From IMG/VR virus record IMGVR_UViG_3300043666_000001, positions 9,483 to 73,482 of that record: 64,000 nucleotides of DNA; one strand, written 5' to 3'. Position numbers and translations under genes: made by a program. This document shows positions 36,023 through 44,488 of the stretch, piece by piece. Source of the stretch: a virus (Duplodnaviria; Caudoviricetes). Within the stretch, counting starts at the first letter, position 1. Every line of letters begins with the position of its first letter. The notes below the pieces were generated by a model that saw only the letters and a program-made list of their open reading frames with translations, was not told the DNA's origin and ran no database searches.

Positions 36023-36050
36023 TTGACATCTCAATTGGTAGATGTAGGTT
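36023..36050 (+). promoter_or_regulatory. sigma70-type promoter, leaderless
   Basis: TTGACA-N16-TAGGTT, ATG 7 nt downstream (36058); TGGTAGA in spacer. Confidence 0.7.
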
Positions 36051-36057
36051 AAGTGAC

Positions 36058-36276
36058 ATGAGCGCAACGAAAAAAGGGATGAATCGCCAGGATGATGGCA
36101 GGTTTCTTGCCCACTTTGACACAATCTGCAAATGTGGCAGGAGCATGGGAATCCACTCGGCACATCGGCCGTTTGAGTTTGATGACCTGGAGATGGAAGA
36201 GTTGCCTGAGACTCATCCCAACTACGGCAACAGATGTGCCGGGTTCAAAAAAGCTAAGCCACAATCGACCACTTGA
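36058..36276 (+). CDS. small Cys/His protein
   Basis: CKCGRSMGIH...C; start moved to the leaderless ATG. Confidence 0.65.
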   Translation: MSATKKGMNRQDDGRFLAHFDTICKCGRSMGIHSAHRPFEFDDLEMEELPETHPNYGNRCAGFKKAKPQSTT

Positions 36277-36301
36277 CATCATCACATCTACCAATTAGAT
36301 T
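36273..36301 (+). promoter_or_regulatory. sigma70-type promoter, leaderless
   Basis: TTGACA-N17-TAGATT, ATG 6 nt downstream (36308); TCTACCA in spacer. Confidence 0.75.
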
Positions 36302-36307
36302 CTAGAT

Positions 36308-36508
36308 ATGAACAGCAATCCCCGGGCGATGTCGTTTCAGTACACCCAAGTCTTCACTAAATCTCATCGTGGCATATTCAATGCAGGCGATAAGCTGGTC
36401 AATCAAATCAGCTTTCCTTCACTTACGCTGTTCACGATGTGGGTGCAGGAGATTAACGCGGCGCACAAGGCACGCAAGTTGCCTTATTACATATCCATTG
36501 ATTGCTAA
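36308..36508 (+). CDS. hypothetical protein
   Basis: Own promoter. Confidence 0.65.
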   Translation: MNSNPRAMSFQYTQVFTKSHRGIFNAGDKLVNQISFPSLTLFTMWVQEINAAHKARKLPYYISIDC

Positions 36509-36804
36509 GCCTTCAACCTGACAAGAAACAGGCCATCAACCCAAATCCTACCCTCCCCCACCAACCCCTCCAGTGCAGATAACACATCTGGTGCTGAGAG
36601 GGGTTTTCCCTTTGAGCTAAACAGGTGGTCCAGGGAAGATTTGAGGTAGTTAACCCCATAACCTGGGAGTCTATCCAAAATAGCCGCTCTTGCCTCCACA
36701 ACGCCTATTAGCGAGGTTTGCTCGTGGTAGTGATAGACTACCCCACTTGGGGACTCCTCAACTATTACAGGCCGTCTAGGGACGAGGGTGGGGGGCTTTT
36801 TCAT
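36505..36804 (-). CDS. hypothetical protein (possible winged-helix)
   Basis: DVLSALEGLVGEGRIWV C-terminus. Confidence 0.5.
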   Translation of the reverse strand: MKKPPTLVPRRPVIVEESPSGVVYHYHEQTSLIGVVEARAAILDRLPGYGVNYLKSSLDHLFSSKGKPLSAPDVLSALEGLVGEGRIWVDGLFLVRLKA

Positions 36805-36813
36805 CTAGCAAGC

Positions 36814-37053
36814 TTAACCATCATCGCGACAGAGGGCAAGTAGGTGACTCATGGCAACTCCAGGTAGGGTCGCGTCATCATCAAGGATATCCTCATCCGT
36901 GAGTTCTGCCTCAACCTGAGGTTGAGGTTCAAACCCCTGCTGCCACTTCTCATGCCGCTCTGAGTTTGGGCTAGAATCGGGGATGGGAGTCAATCTATGT
37001 GCCAAGGCTAGATAATTGAGGTAATCGGGGTGATTGTTGCTGCTAACACTCAT
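36814..37053 (-). CDS. acidic hypothetical protein
   Basis: TTGATT-N17-TAGATT promoter (37088-37060) lies 6 nt upstream of ATG 37053. Confidence 0.55.
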   Translation of the reverse strand: MSVSSNNHPDYLNYLALAHRLTPIPDSSPNSERHEKWQQGFEPQPQVEAELTDEDILDDDATLPGVAMSHLLALCRDDG

Positions 37054-37243
37054 CATCTAAATCTATGACATGGGTGATGTCAAATCAACGTCTATTAGTT
37101 AACTCCCAATAGACAGACTCAAATGTCTCACCAGTGACAATCTCTTGACACCAAGGTGCAGTTGCAATGAACATGCCATATTGGTCAATCTCCACATGAA
37201 TCTGAAGAGAAAGCACCACCGTCGATTTATCTACCAATGTACC

Positions 37244-37271
37244 TTGACTCCAATCAAATGATAGCTAATAT
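37244..37271 (+). promoter_or_regulatory. sigma70-type promoter, leaderless
   Basis: TTGACT-N16-TAATAT, ATG 7 nt downstream (37279); TCTACCA just upstream. Confidence 0.7.
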
Positions 37272-37278
37272 CTAGTCT

Positions 37279-37434
37279 ATGAACAGCGCAGGCAACAACA
37301 ATACTGTCTCTTTTACCTCCTTGCTCAACCAAGTTCAGGAGGCAAAGAAGGCTGCAAAGGTGAAGGATGTTGTGCGCACTTACCACACCATGAATGGTGT
37401 TGGCATTGTTCTTGATTTTAGCAGCTGCAAATAA
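37279..37434 (+). CDS. 51-aa hypothetical protein, not in ORF track
   Basis: Begins MNSAGNNNTVSFTSLLNQVQEAKKAAK. Confidence 0.65.
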   Translation: MNSAGNNNTVSFTSLLNQVQEAKKAAKVKDVVRTYHTMNGVGIVLDFSSCK

Positions 37435-37450
37435 TATCTACCAACTCAAG

Positions 37451-37478
37451 TTGACAACAGTCAAAAGATAGATAGGAT
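37451..37478 (+). promoter_or_regulatory. sigma70-type promoter, leaderless
   Basis: TTGACA-N16-TAGGAT, ATG 7 nt downstream (37486); TCTACCA just upstream. Confidence 0.7.
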
Positions 37479-37485
37479 ATATCAC

Positions 37486-37848
37486 ATGAACCTCGCGGCC
37501 AAAATCACTCTCTTTGTTGTTGCGCTCTCTGCCCTCACTACCAATGTGGCTGAGGCAAAGGGCAAACACCATGCCAAAAAGGCTGAGGTGAGCCAAGAGA
37601 AGGAGTCCTATTGCAGCATTGAGGATGATGGGCACACGATCTTCTACGTGTGTGAAGACCACCCTTGGTTGCCCAAGGAGACGGCCGCGGACAGTGACTG
37701 CGCTGGCAAGGTCTCTCGTGGTGAGACTAGGGATGGGACCTGGAAGATGACCTGGGATGTGGTTTGCAAGGATGGTTGGAACCACAAGGGTCACATCGAT
37801 GGCAAAGGAGTGGGCAAGGCTGATGGCAGCCCACTTTGGAGCAAGTGA
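37486..37848 (+). CDS. secreted/periplasmic protein with four Cys
   Basis: Signal peptide MNLAAKITLFVVALSALTTNVAEA. Confidence 0.7.
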   Translation: MNLAAKITLFVVALSALTTNVAEAKGKHHAKKAEVSQEKESYCSIEDDGHTIFYVCEDHPWLPKETAADSDCAGKVSRGETRDGTWKMTWDVVCKDGWNHKGHIDGKGVGKADGSPLWSK

Positions 37849-37865
37849 GTCAAGTAGGTACGTTA

Positions 37866-37920
37866 ATATCCCCCACCTGAAGGAACAGTGGCCACTGTGG
37901 CGACTTAGGTGTGGGGATAT
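37866..37920. terminator. long hairpin between convergent genes
   Basis: ATATCCCCCACCTGA...TTAGGTGTGGGGATAT with inner CAGTG-GC-CACTG. Confidence 0.65.
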
Positions 37921-37954
37921 GGGCTTAGCTACTTAAACTAAGATGGTTGCAGTT

Positions 37955-38704
37955 TCAGATAATTGGGATTGTTGGCACAACTTTGCCCGCGAAGTACGCC
38001 GCGAGTGCAGCTTCTGCTTTCTGCGTACGACGGTTCGCGTTGACAAGCTCATTCGCCTGGATGAGGTCACGTGTTTTGACGCCCTCAGCAGTGATGAGCT
38101 CCTTGGTCTCACAGCAGCACTCGGCCGCGAAGGCAAGTGCAGCGGCTTGATTTTGAGTGGCCAACAGAATCGCAGCAGATGCATTGGTTTGCGCTTGAAT
38201 ATTGGTCTGGTACCAATTCTTGTCAGCCTGAACACCCAACGCGTTGAAGTTTTTTGCAGCCTCAAGCAAGGCTCGACCTTCAACCTGATATGCCAAAGCG
38301 GCTGAGTCTTTAAACCCAACAACCGTAGCGGTAGCCGCGTCACTTAGCTGCTTTTGGATAAAGGAGAACTCATCTGAGCCCTTCTCAATCCCATGACGCA
38401 CGGAGCTAAGAACCTTATCAGTCGACTCACCCACCGCATCCTGAGTCTTACAGGCAGCAAGTGCAGCAGCCGTGCCAGTCTTCTCCACAACGGACACCAC
38501 ATCATATCGAGAATCCTTGATAGAACCCTCAACCGATTTGAAATCCTCCGCGGCGACTCGAAAGCCCGCGGCTTGCTCACGAGCAATCAACTCGTCAAGG
38601 TGATTGCGGTGAGATTTATGTCCGTTGTTGTCATTCGCGTATGCATGAACTCGGTGGAGCGGCGAGGTCACGTCATTTGTGTCAGAGATTACGCTTGTAG
38701 TCAT
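37955..38704 (-). CDS. uncharacterised helical viral protein with AECCCETK motif
   Basis: Ala-rich helical protein with C-terminal AAECCCETKELITAEGVKTRDLI. Confidence 0.7.
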   Translation of the reverse strand: MTTSVISDTNDVTSPLHRVHAYANDNNGHKSHRNHLDELIAREQAAGFRVAAEDFKSVEGSIKDSRYDVVSVVEKTGTAAALAACKTQDAVGESTDKVLSSVRHGIEKGSDEFSFIQKQLSDAATATVVGFKDSAALAYQVEGRALLEAAKNFNALGVQADKNWYQTNIQAQTNASAAILLATQNQAAALAFAAECCCETKELITAEGVKTRDLIQANELVNANRRTQKAEAALAAYFAGKVVPTIPII

Positions 38705-38802
38705 ATCCTGTACCTATTTGTGATGAGAGTGTAATGCAATTAAGCTAAGCACTTTCATCACTGGCGAGTACAGTGACTCTTTATGTATTTCTATAAATGT
38801 AA

Positions 38803-38925
38803 CTACTTTTTGCCTTTGGCCTTATTCTTGCTGGAGTTCATTTGGTTATAGGGGTTCTCGGCACGTGGGTCTGGTAACTTCACACCAGGCTTGGGTGCTG
38901 GTTTGGGGGCTTTCTTGGACGCCAT
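38803..38925 (-). CDS. 40-aa Lys/Pro-rich basic peptide, not in ORF track
   Basis: AGGTGA RBS; MASKKAPKPAPKPGVKLPDPRAENPYNQMNSSKNKAKGKK. Confidence 0.55.
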   Translation of the reverse strand: MASKKAPKPAPKPGVKLPDPRAENPYNQMNSSKNKAKGKK

Positions 38926-39038
38926 ATGGTTTCACCTATTCACTTTCTGTAAAGGAGCAGCAGAGTCTAGCTGAGGGCGACTGGATGCTTCCCCGTCGCT
39001 TCCGGTTTATCCCATGTCAGTGGAAACACGCATGAGCC

Positions 39039-39323
39039 TCAAGTCTTTGGTATGTTATTTGTCCACCCCAATAGCCACTGCTTTGAGGGGATACAGCCGA
39101 ATATGCGCAAATGTAGGTTGACCTCATACTCAAGGCTATCTACAAGCTTGTCACGAGATGTGCCACTGGGACAACCGGTATACTCAACCAATTGAGTGAA
39201 CACATCCTCATCCTCAATGGCAAGGTCAATGATTGTGCCTGCAAGTCTAGGCTTGACACCGTCTTGAATGAGAGATTGGTGTGCCTTTTGCAGCTTGCCA
39301 ACCAATGTGTCAAAGTTGCTCAT
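39039..39323 (-). CDS. hypothetical protein
   Basis: ATGA overlap. Confidence 0.6.
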   Translation of the reverse strand: MSNFDTLVGKLQKAHQSLIQDGVKPRLAGTIIDLAIEDEDVFTQLVEYTGCPSGTSRDKLVDSLEYEVNLHLRIFGCIPSKQWLLGWTNNIPKT

Positions 39324-39772
39324 TTGATGTATTTTACCGCGCCAACCTTGGATTTTAACGCGTCAAGGCAGGCGTAGCTACAGAATCGTTGTGAGCCATT
39401 ATAGGCAGTCATGGAACGACTGCCATCATCGGCAAACTCTGGGCAATATCGACCGCAATAAAGACAATGGTGGTGAGCTGGTTCTGTTGGCTTGGTTTCT
39501 GCAAGAGGGGATGGGTTTCTCGATGCACCAAGTATGCCATATCCACCGATATCCTCGTAGCTGTCCTCAAGCTGCCCATTCGCGATGCGAAAGAGTTTAT
39601 CCACAATTCGGGTGACACACAACATATCAGTGTATTGCTCAGGCTTCACACCATCTGGGTATAGCACTTGCAATATCAGACCAGCCTTGTTAAAGCTGTC
39701 CCCATATTGGGCATTCTTTTTGCTAACCAGCTCGCCTAGCTTTTTGGCGGTCTCTTTGAATTTATCAATCAT
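39320..39772 (-). CDS. DUF1599-like (nucleotide-modification-associated) protein with C-terminal TRASH-like zinc finger
   Basis: KKNAQYGDSF, DKLFRI, SYEDIGGY; CLYCG...FCSYAC. Confidence 0.7.
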   Translation of the reverse strand: MIDKFKETAKKLGELVSKKNAQYGDSFNKAGLILQVLYPDGVKPEQYTDMLCVTRIVDKLFRIANGQLEDSYEDIGGYGILGASRNPSPLAETKPTEPAHHHCLYCGRYCPEFADDGSRSMTAYNGSQRFCSYACLDALKSKVGAVKYIK

Positions 39773-39795
39773 AGAGAGAAGTTAGCCACACTCAC

Positions 39796-40032
39796 TCATT
39801 CTGTCAAGCCATCATCATCGCAGTCACATGCAAACGCATGATTGACATCAAGATAATCCTCAACCCCAAGGCGATGCAGCGCAAGTGTCCAGCTCAATCG
39901 TTGAATCAGGCTCACATCTTGCAAATCAGGATGAGACTTAAGTGACTCAATCATCGCAGATTCAAAGTATGTGCCAGCAACATCGCTCAATTCTTGCATA
40001 GTCGCCCTAGCCCAGCAAATAGCAAACCACAA
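39796..40032 (-). CDS. hypothetical protein
   Basis: ORF in operon; start uncertain. Confidence 0.5.
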   Translation of the reverse strand: MWFAICWARATMQELSDVAGTYFESAMIESLKSHPDLQDVSLIQRLSWTLALHRLGVEDYLDVNHAFACDCDDDGLTE

Positions 40033-40197
40033 TGAAAGTTAAACAGAGACCAAACCCTATAGCTAACGAGCTCATCTGTTGTTAATTTTGCCTGGTAGAC
40101 TATTTGCATAGTAAAACTTTAGACCAGCTGGTTTAGTCCATAACCGAAGAGGCATACATTAAAGTACCTGGTCTATTTAGCTTAAATAGCTTACCTC

Positions 40198-40485
40198 TCA
40201 TTTAGCGCGGAGCGTGACGCGCATGATGGTGTTATCCACCTCAAACTCCTCAACAATTGTCAAGTTATCTAGGATCTTTAGCCCCAATTCATGCCACTTT
40301 CCAACCTTTTGATTGAACATCCCCAGCATGTCAATGCGCCACCTTCCCCTGTAATCTTTCTTGCCTGGGACTTTCTTATTCTTGAGCCACTTGCGCCAGG
40401 TTTGTGGGCAAATTCCAGTGTACATCCAAGCCTGGTCGATGGTGCAATATTGAGCTTGGTTGAGTCTACTTTTTCGCTTGGTCAT
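40198..40485 (-). CDS. MerR-like/excisionase-type HTH protein
   Basis: TIDQAWMYTGICPQTWRKWLKNKKVPG...GRWRI; start moved to 40485. Confidence 0.7.
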   Translation of the reverse strand: MTKRKSRLNQAQYCTIDQAWMYTGICPQTWRKWLKNKKVPGKKDYRGRWRIDMLGMFNQKVGKWHELGLKILDNLTIVEEFEVDNTIMRVTLRAK

Positions 40486-40987
40486 TGAACCTCTTGAGGA
40501 ATGAGTCGGTTGCAAGATATGCATCGGCATATGCCTCTTTGCTTGCCTGTAGAGAGCCTGTAGAGCCCTCGGGATACGCGGAAGGATTGATGCTATGTAG
40601 TCTTCGTGAAACCGTTGTTAAACCCCTTGCAGGGTCCCTAACACCGAACTCCTGATAATCTCGAAGGATGCAACTTACCAACTCTCCCATCTTCCAGTGC
40701 CCACCATTGCGCAAGGCATTGTCACGGACTTTGCTAAGCGCAGGGTAAACTCTGCCCCATTTGCCATCAACCGGTGGACCATCCTCTCTCAACTTAGCAG
40801 CAGCACGGAACAGCTCTGCTTGGTGCAAGTTGCCCTCAATCTTGCCAATTGGGTCACTATCAAACTGATAGCTCTTCTCAGATTCAAGCTCTATGCCTTG
40901 CAGTTGATTCCCCAGCGTGCTTGGTGTGTGGGTGTAGGAGGTGGTGAAGTGGTCAATAAGCTCAAGCAACTCTATGGTCATGACCAT
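40466..40987 (-). CDS. hypothetical protein
   Basis: Long ORF in operon. Confidence 0.6.
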   Translation of the reverse strand: MVMTIELLELIDHFTTSYTHTPSTLGNQLQGIELESEKSYQFDSDPIGKIEGNLHQAELFRAAAKLREDGPPVDGKWGRVYPALSKVRDNALRNGGHWKMGELVSCILRDYQEFGVRDPARGLTTVSRRLHSINPSAYPEGSTGSLQASKEAYADAYLATDSFLKRFNDQAKK

Positions 40988-41035
40988 ATATTGTCATAAC
41001 CATACATGTAGTCAAGGGTTATTTTAACAACAGGC

Positions 41036-41161
41036 TCATTCCTTGCTATCCAATTTATGATAGCAATCCTTCTCATTCCAAATGATGGGGAATATATAGG
41101 AGGAGATGAGGAATGAGATGGTAAAACTAATGGCACAGAATATGGCGAGGTGTTTATGCAT
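41036..41161 (-). CDS. 41-aa single-TM peptide, not in ORF track
   Basis: MHKHLAIFCAISFTISFLISSYIFPIIWNEKDCYHKLDSKE; starts 3 nt after the vWA stop. Confidence 0.45.
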   Translation of the reverse strand: MHKHLAIFCAISFTISFLISSYIFPIIWNEKDCYHKLDSKE

Positions 41162-41164
41162 GGG

Positions 41165-42166
41165 CTAAGTGAACAGTAGCACACTAGTGCCAGGAACCAG
41201 CTTGCGATTTACACTTGTGCTCTGAATGAAGATGTTGAATTCAGGGTGAGATGTGGGGGAAACCTTGACCTCTTGATTGGGAAGCTGGAGCATTGCTCGC
41301 GTTTGAGGTCCCGTGAATACCTCACCTGTATTCTTGGACACAAGGGCGACTTGCTTACTTGCTTGCACCTTTTCAGGTTTAGTCAACTGATAATATGCGC
41401 TGCCGATTTGATAGGATTTGCCGGTGGTCACCTCGATGAAAGTGCTAATCATGCCCTCTTTGGATACATGAAGCAAAAAGTGTTTGCCTACATGCTTATC
41501 CAGCACCTTAACCACATTCTTGGCATTAATCTTACTGATATCTAAGTTGAAGATATTTCGGCTACCTCGCACACCCCGTGACCGAGCGGCCATAAAGTTG
41601 TCAGTGGCTTGCCGAATGGTCTCTCCAACCCCCTCAATCCCCTGCTTTGCATTGATATCCCACACCTGGATATTATCTTTGGGAAACCCAAAGCGTTTCG
41701 CCTCATGCACCCCAGTGATGTTTGGCACAAATACTGCCACGGTCCAATGGTCAGGAAGCTTATTCAATCTTTGGGACAGCTCAATTGGCTTGGTTTTGGA
41801 GTCGTTATCTTCCCCATCTGTCAAGACGTATACCAAAAAAGCATGCTCCCCATACAGTTCAGGAGTCTTTGACAAATCATCTAGAGATTGCAATGTAGCA
41901 TCAATCAATGCCGTCGTGCCATCAACTCGGTAGAGGTTGCTTATAGATGGAAGTCGAAGCACATCCTTGTCATAAACAAGGCAGGTTGTCTTGTTGGCGA
42001 AAGAGTAAATTGTGACCCTTGTTTCTTGGTCAAGCTCTTGACTGCGTTGAGCAATATGTTTGACAAGATTGTCAGCAACTTTGACAACCTCCTGTGTCTT
42101 GCTTCCCATAGAAGCAGATGCATCCAAAACAAGGGCGATGTGGTTGATGTAGTTATTGACTTGCAT
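41165..42166 (-). CDS. vWA-domain protein
   Basis: MIDAS elements VLDASASM, TALIDA, VLTDGEDN. Confidence 0.85.
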   Translation of the reverse strand: MQVNNYINHIALVLDASASMGSKTQEVVKVADNLVKHIAQRSQELDQETRVTIYSFANKTTCLVYDKDVLRLPSISNLYRVDGTTALIDATLQSLDDLSKTPELYGEHAFLVYVLTDGEDNDSKTKPIELSQRLNKLPDHWTVAVFVPNITGVHEAKRFGFPKDNIQVWDINAKQGIEGVGETIRQATDNFMAARSRGVRGSRNIFNLDISKINAKNVVKVLDKHVGKHFLLHVSKEGMISTFIEVTTGKSYQIGSAYYQLTKPEKVQASKQVALVSKNTGEVFTGPQTRAMLQLPNQEVKVSPTSHPEFNIFIQSTSVNRKLVPGTSVLLFT

Positions 42167-42573
42167 TATTCACTCCACGCAAAAACGATAATAGCATAAC
42201 CCGTTGTGCTATTGCCACAATCATACCATGCAAAGCCATCACTGACCAATGGAACCTCAACACTCACTGGAATGTCAAGTGCAGGGTATGCCACTACATG
42301 CTTTGCAATATTCGCAGCACTCTGGCCAGGGAACTGGTGATAGGCATAGAGTTTGCCATCAGCCCTGTAGTTACATTGCTCCCCATAGGCTCCAGTTTCA
42401 GGAGCATTGCCGGGGAGTGAGGGGGTTACATTTGGAGGCGCTTGAACCACAGGCGGATTTGGTTGAATATCATGGTCAGTTTCAAACTGTTCCCCTGCAC
42501 ATCCCACAACACCCAATCCCAGCAAAGCAACAGAATATTTGACCATGTCATGAGCAATGTTTAGCATGTTCAT
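42166..42573 (-). CDS. putative lipoprotein
   Basis: VALLGLGVVGC lipobox; AAGGGAG RBS; start at 42573 or 42567. Confidence 0.65.
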   Translation of the reverse strand: MNMLNIAHDMVKYSVALLGLGVVGCAGEQFETDHDIQPNPPVVQAPPNVTPSLPGNAPETGAYGEQCNYRADGKLYAYHQFPGQSAANIAKHVVAYPALDIPVSVEVPLVSDGFAWYDCGNSTTGYAIIVFAWSE

Positions 42574-42589
42574 CTCCCTTACACCACTC

Positions 42590-42617
42590 ATTATATGAAT
42601 GGTAGAATGAGAGTCAA
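42590..42617 (-). promoter_or_regulatory. sigma70-type promoter (leadered)
   Basis: TTGACT-N16-TATAAT with TCTACCA in spacer. Confidence 0.8.
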
Positions 42618-42714
42618 GTCACCAGGTCAAGATATTTAGCCATCAGAAGATTATGCCTTGCATCCACCAATATGGTTTTGCCATCTTCTAGAAATCCAGT
42701 GTCATAGAATATTT

Positions 42715-43461
42715 TCATACCAGCTCAAAAGCCTCCATTGTGTGTGGGAAGTGTGACCACAATATATGACACACCTGGTCAGCATACACACGAATTTCCT
42801 CTTGTGCATCCCCCGCGGCCCGTAAAGTCAAAAACCTAAGCCAATTAAGCAAGTTTGCACTTGCCCACATCTGGCTATATTGCCCCTGATTGAGGACAGT
42901 GCGACACACCTCTTTTTGGATGCCCAAACTCAAACCAAGTTCATAGCTCTCACGGCAGACCATGTAGGCAACACGCATGCTTGTTAGCCATAACTCAGCC
43001 TCGGCATCATTTGGCAAGCGGTCAACCACGCCCCTCGCCTGTTTGTTGGCCCCTGCACTGGCAGCACCCTCAACAATCCTAGCAACAGTTGGATGCCAGT
43101 TCTCATCCTTCATGGGCACATAACGTGCACTCATCTCACTGTAAGATTGTGTGCGATGACGATGCCACTCGCGAAATGTTAGCAGTGGGGCCTTGACCTC
43201 AACTGTCAGGCCACAATGCTCAAAGGGCACGGAATGTTTCTTGCACCATAGAAATTTGATGAACCTGTTATCGCCCTTGATAAAGGCACTGCTTGGGTGG
43301 GGGCACTCTATCTCACACCCCTCATCACACTCCCATCTATCCCAGCCACGGAATGCGCCATCAGTGGATTGCCTAGCTGCTCGGATGATTAGCTCATCAC
43401 TACCCCAGTGCTGAATTTCACATATTGAACCTTGGTCGAGTACCTTTATTTTTGCTTGCAT
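42715..43461 (-). CDS. thyX: flavin-dependent thymidylate synthase
   Basis: HSVPFEH, REWHRHRTQSYSEMSARY, NWLRFLTLR, QEEIR. Confidence 0.95.
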   Translation of the reverse strand: MQAKIKVLDQGSICEIQHWGSDELIIRAARQSTDGAFRGWDRWECDEGCEIECPHPSSAFIKGDNRFIKFLWCKKHSVPFEHCGLTVEVKAPLLTFREWHRHRTQSYSEMSARYVPMKDENWHPTVARIVEGAASAGANKQARGVVDRLPNDAEAELWLTSMRVAYMVCRESYELGLSLGIQKEVCRTVLNQGQYSQMWASANLLNWLRFLTLRAAGDAQEEIRVYADQVCHILWSHFPHTMEAFELV

Positions 43462-44081
43462 CTTTTCTCCGAAGGAGAAAGTAACCTCGCCCCCGTCCAG
43501 CCCCTAACAATTCTTTTATAAAATGAATGGTAGTTTTGACCAGATAAATCAGCCCACTCAATGGCTGTTTTTGTCACGCCATCTATTTCTATGTGAAGCG
43601 TGATTCTCCTGTTCCTGACCTGTTCAGTTTGCGTTGCCCACCTACAGTTCATGGGCTCGTAATTCGAGTTTGAGTCAATCCTGTCGATAGAGTGGGTGGC
43701 GGTTGGCGCTCTTCCCATGTCGGACAGAAAATCCGTATAACTAATTCTCCATCGCTCACACACACCTATGCCACGGCCACCGTAGTTCTTATACCCAACC
43801 TCCTTTGGATTGCCGCAACGAGATATCATTCTCGCCCACGTTCGATATTCCTTTGAAGAGTCGGCTCGTGATCCCTCACCATGCGTAGTCTTAGCTTCTG
43901 CATTCAGGCAGCCACAGGACCTGGAATTGCCACTAATGAGCTGCCATCGCTGCAAATCAGACTCGGTGCCGCATGTGCACATGCATTTGATTAGATTATT
44001 ATGGCCTTTTCGGCCGGCCCCAACGACAGTCCACCTTCCGAAAACCTGCCCCTGGTCTAGGACTTTGGTCTTAGAAGGCAT
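43446..44081 (-). CDS. HNH homing endonuclease
   Basis: YRTWARMISRC, YGGRGIGVCERW, SIDRIDSNSNYEPMNCRWAT; start moved to 44081. Confidence 0.9.
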   Translation of the reverse strand: MPSKTKVLDQGQVFGRWTVVGAGRKGHNNLIKCMCTCGTESDLQRWQLISGNSRSCGCLNAEAKTTHGEGSRADSSKEYRTWARMISRCGNPKEVGYKNYGGRGIGVCERWRISYTDFLSDMGRAPTATHSIDRIDSNSNYEPMNCRWATQTEQVRNRRITLHIEIDGVTKTAIEWADLSGQNYHSFYKRIVRGWTGARLLSPSEKRCKQK

Positions 44082-44164
44082 ATAACCCCACAATCTCCGG
44101 CGCATAACCCATGTAAACTCTGATTCTCACCGCGTGATATGGTGGGGAGTACAGCTCAATCATT

Positions 44165-44488
44165 CTAGCAATCTGGGCGATGGTCAAGTTCACTCTCAAG
44201 CTCTTCCTTTGCCAAAGCTATAACATTGAATGCCTCACGCCACTCCTTAGCCTCAGCCTTCAACCTGCGATTCTCCTCTACAAGCACCGTGCCAAGAGAT
44301 TGTAGCTCCGTCACCTGGCGCTCGTATATGGCCAAATTGCTTGTTATGACATCGATTGTCTTCCACATATCCTGAACAAGAAACGGGCCCTCAACCTTAC
44401 ACGGAGAATAGCATCCGCGATGTGCATTCATCTCATCAGAGTGAATATTCAGTACCTGGTTGCCATTGTAGGTAATCCACACATACAT
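44165..44488 (-). CDS. hypothetical coiled-coil protein
   Basis: Adjacent to the SLOG gene stop. Confidence 0.55.
   Translation of the reverse strand: MYVWITYNGNQVLNIHSDEMNAHRGCYSPCKVEGPFLVQDMWKTIDVITSNLAIYERQVTELQSLGTVLVEENRRLKAEAKEWREAFNVIALAKEELESELDHRPDC

Noticed and set aside
38945-39035. Hairpin with GGAA/GGAAGCA reminiscent of SRP RNA domain IV
   Set aside because: Lacks the conserved CAGG/AGCAG pairing context; similarity too weak
40978-41184. ORF-track minus ORF of 68 aa
   Set aside because: Low-complexity and overlaps the vWA end; a better-coupled 41-aa TM ORF (41036..41161) explains the gap
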